Assembly (NCBI GenBank): GCA_040954595.2
Contig: CM082586.2
Span: 867,630-931,629 of the forward strand
DNA: 64,000 nucleotides
Origin: Balanoglossus misakiensis
Taxonomy: Eukaryota; Animalia; Hemichordata
Direction: 5' to 3'
Shown here: positions 48,701 to 63,100 of the stretch, in pieces
How positions within the stretch are numbered: position 1 is the stretch's first letter
Layout: the number at the start of each line of letters is the position of its first letter
Program-made: the position numbers and the translations under genes
Notes under the pieces: model-generated
Seen by the model: the letters and a program-made list of their open reading frames with translations, nothing else
The model's database searches: none
What the model was told of the DNA's origin: nothing

Positions 48701-49873
48701 GTGTGGATGAATATTCAATTTCAGCTACTGTTGGGCCGATGGAAGGTTCACATATGTATCATGCTAGACGATCCACTACTCCTAGGAAAGGAAAGCCAAT
48801 GTATGGGTAGGTAGCTGTTTGAATAAAATGGACCCTATGTTTCTGCACATCTTGGTTCGAACCTTATTCTCTTCAAAGCTGTGGCTCAATCCAAGTACAC
48901 AAAATAGGGGGAAAAGGTTAAAGAATCCTAGAAACTTTACTTCCTGCAAGTCATGAAACTGTGATGCATGCAGCCAAAGCCAGTCTTAGTAACTTTTTCA
49001 GAATATAGTTCCAGTATGCAAAAAATCTAACTATAATTTTTTTGGTTTGACTCTGGTAGTAGGGACTTGAAAGGCACAGGGTATTTTGCTGAGGATTCTG
49101 ATGACGCCATGAATGGCAGCAAACCAGTCGGACCTACGTCTGATGTTTTGGAAAGAACTGGACATGGCTGGACACCAGAGACTTACAGATCAGACACTGA
49201 GGTACGTGGTTTCCATCTTACACTGTTAAACAAGTTGATCTTGAAAATGAAACCCCCCCCCCTCCCAGATTTCTTCAGATGTGTTACAGCGCCCTCTGGT
49301 GCCAATTCCCTTTTCCTTCTGTTCTGGCCGTGGAGAACGCATAACCATGGAAACTTACTCATCAACCTCTTCATACTGGCTTTGTCTTGATACTTGTAGG
49401 AAGATCCTAGATATGTCAGGTCAGATAGAGTGTTACATGAGAAAGGTAGATCTTGGCAGACACCAGTGTCAGATGATGACGATGATGATGATGATGATGA
49501 GAATATAAACTTGGATGCCAGACGAGGTAAAAAATTGACAGAATTATGATGCAGTACTGAGTAGAGCAAACATTAAAGGCTTTGGCACGTCTGGGTTTAA
49601 TGCTTGCTGCTGTTTGGTATTAATTACATTTTCTTGTGGTTGCATGTGCATGCATATTTTAGGGATAGGTGTAGTTTGAGCTCTGGCAATCATTGGTGAC
49701 TAGTATAGGCTTTTCTTCTTCCTTCATGGCTACAACGGGACAAAACTGTTTCTTCCATATATGGGCATATTTAAATTAGAGGTGATTGTATTAAAGCATG
49801 CTACGTAATGTTTTGATTGACAGGTGGGCGGTCAGGACACTTCCAAGAAGATCCTAGTGGAAGAAAGTGGTAG
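45793..49873 (+). CDS. C8orf34: C8orf34 (VEST1)-like protein with N-terminal RIIa/Dpy-30-like docking motif, multi-exon
   Basis: Exon 1 at 45793-45855 and exon 2 at 46088-46487 give MAAQQRVQAYLERHKIGALFEDLMARLIQNTPEEPVQYLI, matching the C8orf34 N-terminus as I recall it. Internal blocks ENLDDLRSEGVT, VKVSICARCAK and DDDEFESVSQV. Last coding exon probably 49824-49873. Not all internal exons were resolved. Confidence 0.85.
46753..46834. mobile_element. Short MITE-like inverted repeat in a C8orf34 intron
   Basis: 28-bp arms tgaactcaaagtgaggccaatggggaaa / tttccccattggcctcacttcgagttca with one mismatch. A related arm is at ~40033-40060. Confidence 0.7.
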
Positions 49874-52379
49874 CGAGTTTTGAGGCTGGTTTATTTTGCC
49901 AGGTATGTTTGTGTAATACTATGTCATGTCATTTGCAGTGGTAGAACTTGGATACTGAAATTTATTTTGAGACTTTGACATCTGTTGTTATAGTAAGGAA
50001 ACTTTTAATAGACACCACTTTCTTTTGTTGATAAATTACAATAAATTACAATAAAAAATGTCAACATGCAATGTTTGAAAGTTTTTTTTATGTTGTGCTC
50101 AATGACCTGGCCAAGTACAGTGGCCAACTGACTGTATATAAGTATCGAAGTTTCTATATGATCTGTGTAATTTATTGTTTGTTTTGGCAGATAAGTCAGT
50201 ATGACCACCAGTAAAGAAATATAGTGTGTGTGCAAGTTTGCATGGAGACTTATCCGGTGGACCTACTGAGCGCAAGTCCTCCAGGAACCAAGTTACTTAC
50301 AGTGAAGTTTTTTCTCACTCTGGTGATTTTCTAAATTACAAATGATTCTGTTGTTACTTAATCTCTCCATCTGATTTTTATTTTAATATAATGTACGGAA
50401 AACAAGTGGATTTTTCATTTGAAGTTTTAACATAATTTCACTTAGATTGCACACTTTATAGAGATTTAGTTTTTGAAATATTTAAACACATTGTGATGTT
50501 GTGGAAAGATTAACCCTTTCACCCCCATTTTCCGGTAGAGAGGTCCAGAACTACCATTAGGACAGTGGGGTTGGACCAAACTGTGGTGGTGAAAAGGTTA
50601 ATTTGAAAACAATTTTTTTTGTTTATATCACTGGCATTTACAGTAACTGCAGAGCAAGAATTTGCTATGATTGTGGTCTCAAATGTATACACCAGCAAAG
50701 GCCAGGGTTGAGAATGCCAACTGGTCATGACTGAATAAGGCAAATGTCATGGTTGAGAAGGGCAGTGGTTTAAGTTGAAAAGTCAAAGGTCAATGTTAAC
50801 AATTGCATAACCTTGATCTGTGTAATTCAACTTTGTGTCATTATATCAAATGGCTAAGCTGTTTTGCATCTTGAAATATGTATCACAAATCATTATGAAA
50901 ACCTTGCTATATTAAAAGTATTCAAATAATATCAAACATACTATCTTCTGACTTTCCTAGACTACATACATGTATTTTATACACATATATATTGAAGTTG
51001 ATTTGATAATGCAGATGCTTAATGATTGTATCAGTATTTGGATATTTTGTTGTCCATTTTTAGCAAAGAATATGTAATTTGTCATGACTGGAAGATTTCA
51101 GACCCAGAAAATACTTGAAAGATAATTAAGACAGTCTACTTAGGACTTTATTCGAACTTACACCTGAAATGATATGTTCCACATGATTGATTCAGAAAAC
51201 CTTATGATGTAATTCACTACAAATTTGAAATAAAAAATCGTGATTAATAATGAAAATAAAGTGTTGTGCGTTGTACATGTGTATGGCAATTGGACTGTAA
51301 GAAACCAAGTCAGAAACATGTTAGCTCATATATTGAGTTTCACAAATGTGTTCAACATTGAGAAAGTTGTCCTGGGGAAATTACAGGGCTTTAGATAACT
51401 GCTTTTGTAAGCTGTACAATACAACAGTAATACAGGAAGTCTTGTAAGTGTTGTTTGACGGGAGAGCTGTCCAGGTGTTTGATCCCAAATGCCGTTGGTG
51501 CAACAACTATGTTCCAATAAGGTGTTCACAATGGCTGCAATCATGGTATTAGATGTCGTGTAAGACACATCTCAGGGGCAGATCAAACACCTGTGTTATT
51601 GTCGCTGGAAAGCACGATTTGTTCACTTCCTGTTCTGCTTATGGGGTTTTTGATCCCATGCAGTAATCACACCTTCTGTGATACTCACATTCCCAGGCTA
51701 GTTAAGTGTGCTTGCCAGCTAGACTGCCACTGGGAATTTGGCCAAAAAAAAAATGTCCGGAGATTAAAAGAGATCCTGTGTTCTTTGAATTAGCTACATA
51801 TCCGTGCCTTTCCGTTATTTGGCAGTGTGTGAAATGTAAGTAATGGATTTAGAATGCCGACCTGTGTGGCATATAAAGTGCTGGAGTTAATACATCAGGC
51901 TGAGAAAATACATCCTTACTCATGGGAACACCATAAAGTTGGAGAACCCTGGCTTTCCGGATAAGCTTATGTGGTATAACAGGCAAATGGGTTTCTGCTG
52001 ATTATCAATGGTGTGCCAGGACTGTTGCTATGGTTACACAGTCATTCTGTAGCATATATAAAAACCTTTGGTCATGATAGTCTGCAGAGCATGTTTTAAC
52101 CAAGAAGTCTTTCGTGTAAAGTCGATTGAATAATCTTCAGCATCTCGCAGTCCATTCCCAAACGAACAGTGAGATAAGAATCAGTATCAAAATATGAACT
52201 GGTTTATTTTTAGGGGCGTTCATGCACTTTTTGACGCCGCTCCAAGAGCAACATGTCTTTGAAACTAGCCGCGAGCGTGTTCTTCTTCTAATTGCAGGGT
52301 GGCCGTGGAAGTATGCAGTTAAAATTAAAGAATATGACGTATACATTTAAGAATAGAGAGAAGGAATAGAATAGAGAAT

Positions 52380-53450
52380 AGAAAGATAACTCCGTCACAT
52401 GCGCAGTAAGCCCGTGACGCGGGTTCGACTTCCCCCGTTTCCTTGGAAACGGTAAACGACCGTGGGATTGAGATGTTACGTTTCCTAACTACAGTGTATG
52501 CCACTAGCTTAGGAGGGGAGGTCAACAAGTACTAAGTAATTCGCCTGCGCGAAGCATCGATTTCTCGGTCAATTAATCTCCTGTGTCTTCCTAAGTTTGG
52601 AATTTTAATGAATCGTTTGATAATTTTGATGTCCTTTGATGTTTGATAATTTTGTTGTTCTGTTCATGGAAAACTAGAATCTTTTTCGTGTGTCACCGTT
52701 GGGGAAATACAACACGGCCCTACCCACAGGAAGAATAGTTGTGCTTTTAGCCTAAAACCACATAATTTGCATAATATGGAATTTCTCTTTCCCACGCTAC
52801 CATCCGACGCTTACTCGAAGACTTCGAATATTCGCGCGTTATCGACGTCCCTGGTTAGTTATTGAAGCTGAGTCGGTGGTACATCGAGACGTGTGTGAAG
52901 TTTTATTTGACTGGAATCATAGTTTACGTAAGTACATGACCCATTAATAGATTACACCGCCAAGAAAGCCCGCCTCGAGTTTTAGTCACACGTTACGTGT
53001 CTGATCTGGCGGCGTCTTCGTTTCAACTTCAATTCCAGATCACAAGTCTCCGGGACGTCAGAGAAACAAGTTGTAGGTTTTTATATACTGCGATATCAAG
53101 GTAAGTTTCAAGTTGATAACTGGAGTAGAAGTGACCGATGTGGTCTGCAAGCTAACCGGAAGCGAGCCACATACGTCCAGCGTCTCCAGCCCAACTTGAC
53201 GACGCGTCGGCGATCGCGCTTTGATCGCGTTTCTTTGACCCTCTTTTGCATGTAATGGGTCTATTTTGTCACAATAGTAATAAGTCTTTGAGCAAACACT
53301 GAAATTTTGTAGATCTTCACAACTGTTCCACTGTAACTTTTACGGTCGGTCCCAAGGTCTCCGGCGGCCATCGTGAGCGAAATGGAAGACGCTATACGCG
53401 CGCGGACGCACGATCACTGTTTTATTCAGATTCCCACAGGAAAAGGTGGC
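52380..53450. promoter_or_regulatory. CpG-enriched region, probably the promoter and first exon of a downstream + strand gene
   Basis: CG dinucleotides rise locally. A strong donor AAG|GTAAGT is at 53100/53101, followed by long sequence with no credible coding exon. Confidence 0.4.
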
Positions 53451-56400
53451 GTCTAATTGTGCAAACAATGATTTCCTCCATAGAGTTATATAAATCATCA
53501 ATGTGCAGAGATGCCATCTTGTTCTGGAGAATATTACACCATAAAACTTTATGCTGTTCCGAAGTAGAGCGTCATACAAGTGGACAGAGTCTGTTGCCAT
53601 GGTTACAAATGTTAATGTTATTAAAGTGAAGGGACATCTAGCTGTAACTTTTGGCTTTCTTTCTAGTATTTTTTTTCTGTGTATGTAATGCAATTTCTTC
53701 TTCTACTCAAAACATCATGCTAATATACCCAGTACCCCACTTGTTGTGTTGACAAGCTAGTGTTGGGCATTTATCATGTCTCAGGAATATAAAAATGAAA
53801 CTGCAGTTATTATATAGATCTACTTGAAAATAAGTTACTAATGCTCTGTCATTGGAACAAGGGGGTATTCCACTATACATTTGTTCTGTTTGCTTTGCTT
53901 GCAAATAGTTTACAAGTTTTCTTAACCCAGGCTTCTGACACCGTAATTTACAATTGACTGCTTCACCCTGTCAGTACAAAATATAGCTGGGTGATACGGT
54001 GCAGGTGTTTGGCATCAGTTGTAAATTGTGGACCATAGTGGCACCATCCCCTTGATGACATCAATTAACCCGTGTGAAAACCTTTCATCCCATTTCACTG
54101 GAAGTAACAGCACATTGCTATATTATGTAAATAATTACTTTCTGGTGTAACCATGCTTTGAGGGGTGATGTGGGGGTTCATTAGCTGAGAAGCAGTGTTT
54201 CTCCACAGACTGAAGATGAAGATCCAATGAATCATGAGCCAACCCTGATCTGTCCAGTGATGGCGCTGTATGCTACAAACACCCTAGTTGGACAGACTGT
54301 TGTGTTAGAGCTTCTAGACATTAAAACCTACAACAACACAACAGTATCATATAACAGAATTGTCACAGAAGTCATGTCACACTTTTTGTGATTTATTAAT
54401 TTGTAAAGACAAACTGTCTGAAATTGCTTGCTTTGAGAATTCTGATTTACAGCACATGGCTGTTGTTTAATAACATTGTTTATTTTGAGTGTTTTTCATT
54501 CTGCAAAGTTGTTCACCAGTTGCAACATATACAAGTATAATATGTCATGATCTGTCAAATTGTGTGTTAAAGTGGAGGGGAAAAGAAGATGATGATTCTT
54601 TCTGAAAGTAAGACTTAAGAAAGAAAGTGTCACATACCAGGCTGCAACTTTTTGGCAGGACAGAAAACTTCTGAAAGTTGGCAGCCCTTGTGTCTGGTGC
54701 GTGATCTGGACCAATTTCAAACATGTCAAACACTGGTCAGTTGTGATCAACTCTTAAGTGGTTCCAAGCGCCACAAGAACCATTTGTATATGCATACCTC
54801 CTTCCAGGCCATTTCAATACTTCCTGAAATCACGGAGGCAGGAAACTAACTTTACTGGTTCCCATTACTTGAATAAAGAAAACATCCTGAGATATGGAGA
54901 ATATGGTCTGGCAATGCTGCATGTACAACATGTATGTATTCAATGCCGGGGATGTGAGATTTGTGTTAATTTCCTGTGTGTGGACTGTGCCATTAGTGTT
55001 GAGCTATGACAAGCAGCTGTGGCAAATCTATCTCTGGATGATCCAATGTTGATGGGGGAAGGGAGGGGGAGGTACATGTACATGCCAGCAAAGTCCCTTG
55101 CCTTGGCATGTACATTGCTAGCTATATAAGTGCCAACCCAGTGCCAACCTTGGCCAATACAGTGTTAGCTGCATGCTAGCCCTGGTTCATACAGTACTGA
55201 GTGCCACTACATACGTGCTTTAGATGAAATTTTTATTTTAACGTGTACGTTATTGTGGTTTGACCTTGACATTGATTGAAAGTTCAAACAGTCAATGACA
55301 GTGGTCTCTGCGAACTGATCACAAACTACACCATCACAAAATGGTTTGTTTAGATTTTCTGTACTTTACAGGTCTTGTCACATCTTCAAATCAAGAAATA
55401 GCTTGACCTCAGTGTTAAGGTCATTCTTTGCTTTATTGACAGGAAGTCCTGGGGTTTTCGTTATCAATTCTCAAATTGGTTGTAATTCAGCTGCCATCCT
55501 TTGTGGATTCACAAATCTTTCCTCAACTGCCTTGTTGTGGTAAAGCTGACCCACTATCTTACTGGCGAAAATAAATAAGCGTCACTTCACCAACTAGTTT
55601 GCAGTTGTACATGTTGTATGAATGGGGGCCGTCTATCCCAATGGAATTAGTTCTGATTGTGCATGTGATTTCCATGACATGGATGACCTTGCGATTGAAA
55701 ATAAATGTCCTTCAGTCCCAGGGTTGTCTAATCAAAAAGATGTTGAAAGTAGTAGTTCTAAGACTTCAGAGTTTGTAGATCGTTGAGATACATTTGCAAA
55801 ATGTAATTGACTTGTACCATGTTCATTATAAAGTTGGGATGTGAGTCAGTGTTGGCATGTACATTTCCAATGTTTGCTTTCATGATCCTTTACATACCAA
55901 CGACAGTCAAATTCACAGACCAGGTGACAGGGCTCTGGCCACCGTGGTTGCCCAGAACCAAGAGCATGTCAAATCACAATATTTAGAAATGGCCACACTG
56001 CTAGGGACAAACTCAATCCATTTCATTTGCCGTGACTTGAAAAAACATCCGTTCACTTTTTGCAGAAAAAGAGGAGAATGAGTCTTTTTGGCCGGCAAAC
56101 AATGCAGGCAGTGTTTTGAAATCTGGAAGGAATTCACGCAGAGGTCAGTCCTGTAGGCAACTGTTGATCCTGTCAGAAAAAAGTCTAAGGTGTGAAAAAT
56201 AGCCACAGGGCATCAGAGAGAGTTATCAGTTAACTACGTTGAGGTATTCACGTTTGAAGTGACAAGCAAGTAAAAGAACGAAAGTTATTCTTGTAAGTTG
56301 TTCCTTGTTGAAGGAAAGTAATAGGTTGTATTGGTGTTTGATGTGTACCGGCATGTGTAGAGCTGTGTTATAAAGTGCGTCAAGTGCAATGGACCAATTA

Positions 56401-59400
56401 AAGGTGGATTTTCCCAATTGTCGTGAAGTGTGCTTGCTGGATGGAAATGAGATTCGGGAGATGGGGAGGGAGAAGATGGGCAGATGGATAGACGGATGTA
56501 CTGTTGGATGCATGGGGTAGATGCGGACAGACAGATGGTTAGACAGATGAATGAAATTGGTGGTTGATTGATAGTTGTACTGTCCACTCACAAGACCCCC
56601 ATACACCCAGACCATCCAGCCAAATAATGTCTCCACACATCTATCTGTGGTCAAGGCTTCAACGCCAACATGTGGACACTAGGGCACGGCAAACCAGAAC
56701 AATCAGTAAAAGAATAGAGACCTCTTAACACTACATAAATCTCATAATCACATGTATAAGGTACACTAAGACATACAAAAACCCTTTGATCGACAAACTA
56801 TGCATGTATCGTCACCTAGGAGAAGGGAATTGTATAGGGGATGTTCACTGTATGAACAAACAAGGTATTGTTCAGAACACAGAATGATAAAGTTCTTGTA
56901 AAGATGTGTATGCACTTTATTGCTGAACGGGACTGGCGAAGTGCTTACAGAGTGGTTCAGGTAATTTCAAGTTATGCCACTGGGCTAATTGGTAACATTT
57001 GAACATATTGTTATCTGTACATGTATGTGTCTGTATGTGAATGTTGGTCCTTCAGTGTTGGGAAATATTGTACAGATACGTACCAGCATGGCTGGATATA
57101 TGTGACCCTTTGAGCTCATTGACCAATCGACCAAGCAACAGATAGTACGTATAATGTAACTAAAAGTGAGTGCTAAATTGAACCATATACGCTCGCTCTG
57201 AATGGCCAGTTTTATTTTCACTGGGTTAAAGGACCTTGCCTGCCCCAGACACCAAGACTCCTGCGTGTTAAACTTCTCATAATCGCTGCAGTGATTGAGT
57301 TGACATACTGCTACACTTTCACTGGGGCTCTAGTCAACCGGGGTCACTCGGACGTTTGGGTTCAATACCGTGGGTCAGTGGCCATTGTGGCCACTCAATA
57401 CTGAAGGGTCAGTCAGCATTGGTGTTAGTGCCAACCCAGGGTGAGTAATATTTAACACTGTTCGAGCAACCTGCAACAAATAGTGTCTCTGATTTTGGTG
57501 CGTCTGGCGGGTCTTGGAGTCTCTCGTCTTGGTTGGAAGTTGTACTGTTTGTTGTACGTTCGGAAGTGAACTTTTGGTTCACTCTTTGGTTCAAGTATTT
57601 AACTTGATTATAGAGTGGAGGAGGAAATTATTCTGTTGAAGGACATATCTTATTTCTCAGTACATAACAAGACAGTATCGTATATATCAAGTGATATGAA
57701 GAATCTACTTTTAATCACATATGCTGAATAGTATCATACATGTATCTATCAATGACCCACAGCATTGTGGGTAATTTCACATGTTTAGTACAGCCTTCCA
57801 ATACTGAAATCACATGGAACAAAAGTTATCCAAAAGTCGTCACAGGAAGCAACTTTAACAATGTAACAATTTCCGGAAATAATAACGTTCAGTTCCAATT
57901 TTCTGGCGACAATTTCCTCCCTCTGTTATTAAATGCTTTACAGAATCTCTGATGGATGACTTTAGACCACACCGATAGTATAGTGCAAGTCTGCAGAGTA
58001 ATGGTCGAGGTGTGTTTAAAGCAATTAAGGGAAAAGCAAGACCACATTGCTGCAGCTATTCATTGCCTTCAATCCCATTGAAAACTGCCTTTTGTTTATG
58101 AAGATTGAAAAGAAGTATGCGTATCAAAAAACCACTTGTTCTGGTTGTAATCCCGTTTCAGGAGTCAGTGGATTTCTAGGGGAATGGGATATGCGGCAGG
58201 GATGTAGATGTTGGTCAGTGGGAAATAAAGACAGTAGGTTGTCTGTAGTTCAGAAGTTTGCCAGTGAAACTACTTTAGATTATGTTATGCCAGTCTTTTG
58301 CTGTGTACAAGATCATTGATTCTCTCTCTTGTATCTGTCAGGGTAATTTTCTAGTAACAAATACATGTATCGGAAACATTTGCAAGTTACCAAGCTAGAA
58401 TGCTATGCCATGTGAAAATAGTTCAAAACATAGCTATATATAGATCCGCACACACAGTAAAGTGTACAACATCTGAATTAGGGCTTAAACCTTGAGGAGG
58501 AACCTTTTCCTTCTCAACAACAAATATTTCATAAACCTTTGAGAAAATCAATCTGAATAGATGACTAGCCCATTTGGTTGCTATGGCTGGAAATGAATCC
58601 ACTCTATAGACCAATCTTGCATGATATTCCTAGAATGAATTTTACTGAGAGATACTCCTGGATCACGTCTGAGTACTTCATTGCACAGGATAATTTTAAT
58701 AGTGCATCGATATGATCCTTCTCTCATAAAAATATCATTTTCAAAATTATCTACGAGATGATGACATTGACAAGTTGGTACTGACGATCAGTAATACCCC
58801 CTTTTCAAGCCAATTTCAGGGTCCAGGATGTAAACATGGCCTCACTATTCATCGCACTAGAAGGTTAAATGTAAGTGTTGTAGCCCTTAGGCTGTCTGTT
58901 AATTAGCTCGAGGGCCCTGAGGAATAACTTGCAAAGGTGTACTGTGATCCCAGTTCCTGGTATACAATGTTTGTGATGTAATCTAATCCACTAATGTATA
59001 ATGTTCCCTGTTCGTAGCGACGTGCACCGTCTGTGGCATGTGTTTACTGGGGAGTTAAAAACGTGTAAGTTGGATGTACCAGGTACATTTGGTTCGAAAT
59101 GTGTACAATTGAAGTGTGATTTAACATGAAACGAGACAAAATGATATTTCCTCGAAGTCCAGGTTCCATGAACACGTATACCCTGAAAATACTTTGTATT
59201 CAGCTCCTCAGCAATTTCGTCAGTGTACTTTGTATCATTGGATACCAAGGACCTATACATAAGGATTACCCTCAACTGTGTGTGTTGTATCCATTGGATC
59301 TCATTGGCATTCTCAACGCAGAGTTTAAACTACAAAGTGTTAACTTTATTACCAGTACAATTTTCCAGCCATTCAACGATCTGCTTTCTTTCTTTTTTCT

Positions 59401-60049
59401 TTCACTGTATAAGCCTCACCCTTTTAGTTATTTTATTCATGTGGAATAAACGGAAACATGGTGTGAATTTTCAAATCAGTGTTTTTATTTCACTTCTCCG
59501 GATGCACATTGTGTGAAAGTTTCGGGTTCAATAACCGAGCTCGGTCAAACTATTGAGGAGTGTAGGTTTGGGAGAGACTTTTTACTTTTTTCACTTAAAG
59601 CTATAGATCTGCACGCATCAGATATAAAATGAGGATTTGAAATTTACCTCTGCGCCATTGAGAATTTGCTTCAAATACCATCGCTGTTGACTCAGACATT
59701 TGGCATGGGAAAGCTAGACATAATAAAATGTGGGGTGGGCTGCAAGAACTCAGTGTTCGCTAAGTTTGCCATGTAGTGTTCATAGCATGTCAAATTCCAA
59801 TTCCAGAGAGAGATGAATTCACTGCCATTGCAGAATTTGCAATATACATTTTGATACTTTATTTGAAGCTGGTTATTCTATGCAAGTTCTCTGATTCCTA
59901 GACTTGTGAGTCAAATCTATATTTTATGAACTTTACCTCAAATCCTCAGTGAATTGCCAGCATCAGTTCTGGCAATTGTCACCTGACAAAATCATGATTG
60001 CACTTGGTGTTGACAGACATTAACCATTAAAGGATAACCAGAACTTTTC

Positions 60050-60112
60050 TCCATCCATCCATCCATCCATCCATCCATCCATCCATCCATCCATCCATCC
60101 GTCCGTCCGTCC
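60050..60112. repeat. (CCAT)n/(CCGT)n microsatellite
   Basis: Tetranucleotide array seen directly. Confidence 0.95.
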
Positions 60113-63100
60113 CTCCCTGCACCAGAATTCACTGCATGGAAAGCAGATATGTCCTCTTTAGAAAGATCACACTTCAAATTTTCGGGTCCAGCATCACCAC
60201 ATTGTTGCTGTGGGTTCCAGTTGAATGCAAAACACCACAAAGATAACCTCGGAGAGTGAGAAAAAGTCATTCCAGAGGTCACCAGGGGTCACTGGCCATC
60301 CTGAACGAAAAATTCATTACGTGTCCCGCCAGTTATTGAACAGCAGATGATTGATTGTTGTCAGTTAGCTACAGTGGACGTGTTTTCAATTTACCAGACA
60401 CCTTTTCATTGTCAGCGTTTGACTAAAATGCTGCCAAGGTGTGAATCCTAGGATTTGAGGTGTGAAAACTAATGATGTTGACGGAAACATCTGCCCACCC
60501 AACTTTTTTTTCCACTACCGATGAAGTGGAAGCTAGTAGCTGTAACTTTTGTCTTTATAAAGTATTAAAAGGTTTCAAAATTTGCTCAAAACTAGAAACA
60601 CAGCTGTAAGGTTGATGATCTACAAAAGAGCACAACGTATTCATGCAGCATTGTGAGTTTGGAACACTACTTTAGTCAGTGGTATCTTTTACACATTAAA
60701 TGTGTTTGCGTTGCCGCAAGCAACAAACAATGTCACGACGCTTAAAAAAAATGAGGTTGTTGCCCCGGCGATGACGAACAAGGAGCGACAAGATAAATTG
60801 AATCATCACACCCCTGTTTACAGGTCCACTTTGGGTTAAGCCCAATGTTTTCAATGATGAAACTCGATCCAAATACAGAGAGATTTGTTGGAGAGGATGC
60901 AGATCACAATGCGGGTATTTATCTGACTATTGATGGGGAAAATTATGTAATTTATGCCTAAAAGAGATCAAAGGCTGCTTGTACTCACTGTTCCCATGTC
61001 ACAGAGTCAGCAGAAATACATGATCTGATTTCAACGCTCGCATTAAATCTTACTTGAATTGTGTGTGAAGTAATTGTGTTGGTTCTTTTAGTAGGCCATG
61101 GTATGACTAGCTACAAGGTTGCGAGTGCATAAATAAGGGAAAACAACAATAAATTGCGTTCAAAAGTAAAAATTCAAGAAAAGAATGCTTGAATTCTGTG
61201 CAAAATGACACACATGATTGGCAGAGGTTAGACTCTGCAAATCATATCATGAAGGACATTTTGAAGTGAGTCACACTCTATAGAAAGTTATATATCCGCG
61301 CAGCTTTGGAGAAAACCACTCACCGAAATTGCAATCAGTTAATAGCTGATGAATCCTATGAATCATTGTCCAGAAATGTAACTGGACACATCAATCTGTG
61401 TTATAGAACATAAATTTACCATTCAGGGATATGTTTGCATGGGCTATCATATTGTCACACTTCCTGCAGAGAATTAAAATTTATTTCATCACTTGTAATG
61501 TGAGACCATACTATGTATCATCAATAATTTTAGACTCTGTATGAAATTTCCTCTCCAAAGTACTATCCTTCAAAATATTGTTGATTTGACCCAATTTTTA
61601 CAATAAAGTTTAGCATCAATGAGATCACAAACCAGAAATATAACTTATAATGTACAGGAATGGAGATTGACTCCAGTGTTTTCACTGCAGTTTACATGTT
61701 GGAGACTTTTCATTGGTTTCCACGGCAATGGCTGAAACGATGTGAGTTGCACTTCACCGTTTGCACTTGACTCATGGGAGCAATGTTTGCTCAACTCTGA
61801 TTAAGGACTACATTGTATCAGCCAGTCCATTCAATTTCAAAGAGATAATCTTCACCTGTAGTATATTCATTGTACCCAGTTTACAGAATTGTGTAATACT
61901 GCATACCAACTAACAGGACAGTACCGCATACAGTGTTTTTGTTACGGGCGAGACCCAGACATTGCCCACTCATTTTACCTGCTTGCGCATTGCATAAAAG
62001 GAGGTGCATAAGTGTCTAATATATCACTGACACATTTCCATGACAACCACTCATCAGAAACTGTCAAAATTTAATTTTCGTCAAGTGGCGTATGGTGTAA
62101 CTTAACACACATGTTCTTCAGATAGTGATGTATTGGTCTGTTAATGTAATACGTACCCAATGATTGTAAATTATCACATTTAGAGGCAGGATATTGATCT
62201 GAATAACACCCTCTTTTTACGTCCATGGTCAAACTGACTGACTAAATATTTGAGTGTCAACAATTCCGTGATTTCCATTTTAATTCATTCCTCCTTCAAG
62301 GATACAGGGATTTTGAACTGTCTAATTGTTTTCTGAAGTGCACAATCACGCACACTTTGTGTTGACTTTGGTTATGCGAAGATTCTCAAAGATTCTTTGC
62401 ACTTTGCTGAATTTAGCTGAAAGAAATAGTTCTCCAGTGCAGTGTGCTTGTAACGCAGGGACTGGCAGTATCTAGGTTACAGTGAATTCATCATGAAGAC
62501 ATTGTTGAGAATCAGAGCTCTGCATTGCAGTGAAACCAGACAGAATTCCGTGTCTGCGGTGAAAAATAGATTGCATTCTCGCTTTGTTTCACACGGTTTA
62601 TTGAATGATAACAGTGGGAGCTTTCACGGAGTCACGAACGAACGCCGGAGTCTCAGAATCAGTAAAAAAATAAAGTCTGCGAATCATCACCCCCTACTGG
62701 TTCACGGCAATTGTCCGGGTGCAGACAAATCGCATTATAAGGGGAGTGCTCGTTGCCTGCGGGCCAGTTGGAGCAAACCAAATGTGTTATGTAGTGTGAG
62801 TAGTGAACACTGGGTGAGGTGCCAAAAGTGGGCGGAGTCAGCCACCCAGATATCCAGAAATCCCTGCGGGCGCAAACACTTGATTTGCATAAAACCAATA
62901 GAAAAAAAGAAGGGACTGGTTTAAGAACAGATGCTGTCTGCATACCTGATTTTTTCTATAAGGACAATCATCATGTGTTATCCCAAGTGAGATTGTTCTA
63001 GCCTCTACTGGCAGACGTGTGCTTTCTTCTGTGATGTCTACATCTGTTTCTTAGTGGTGAGTACTGCTCGCTTGTCATTGGCTCGCACAAAAAAATATCA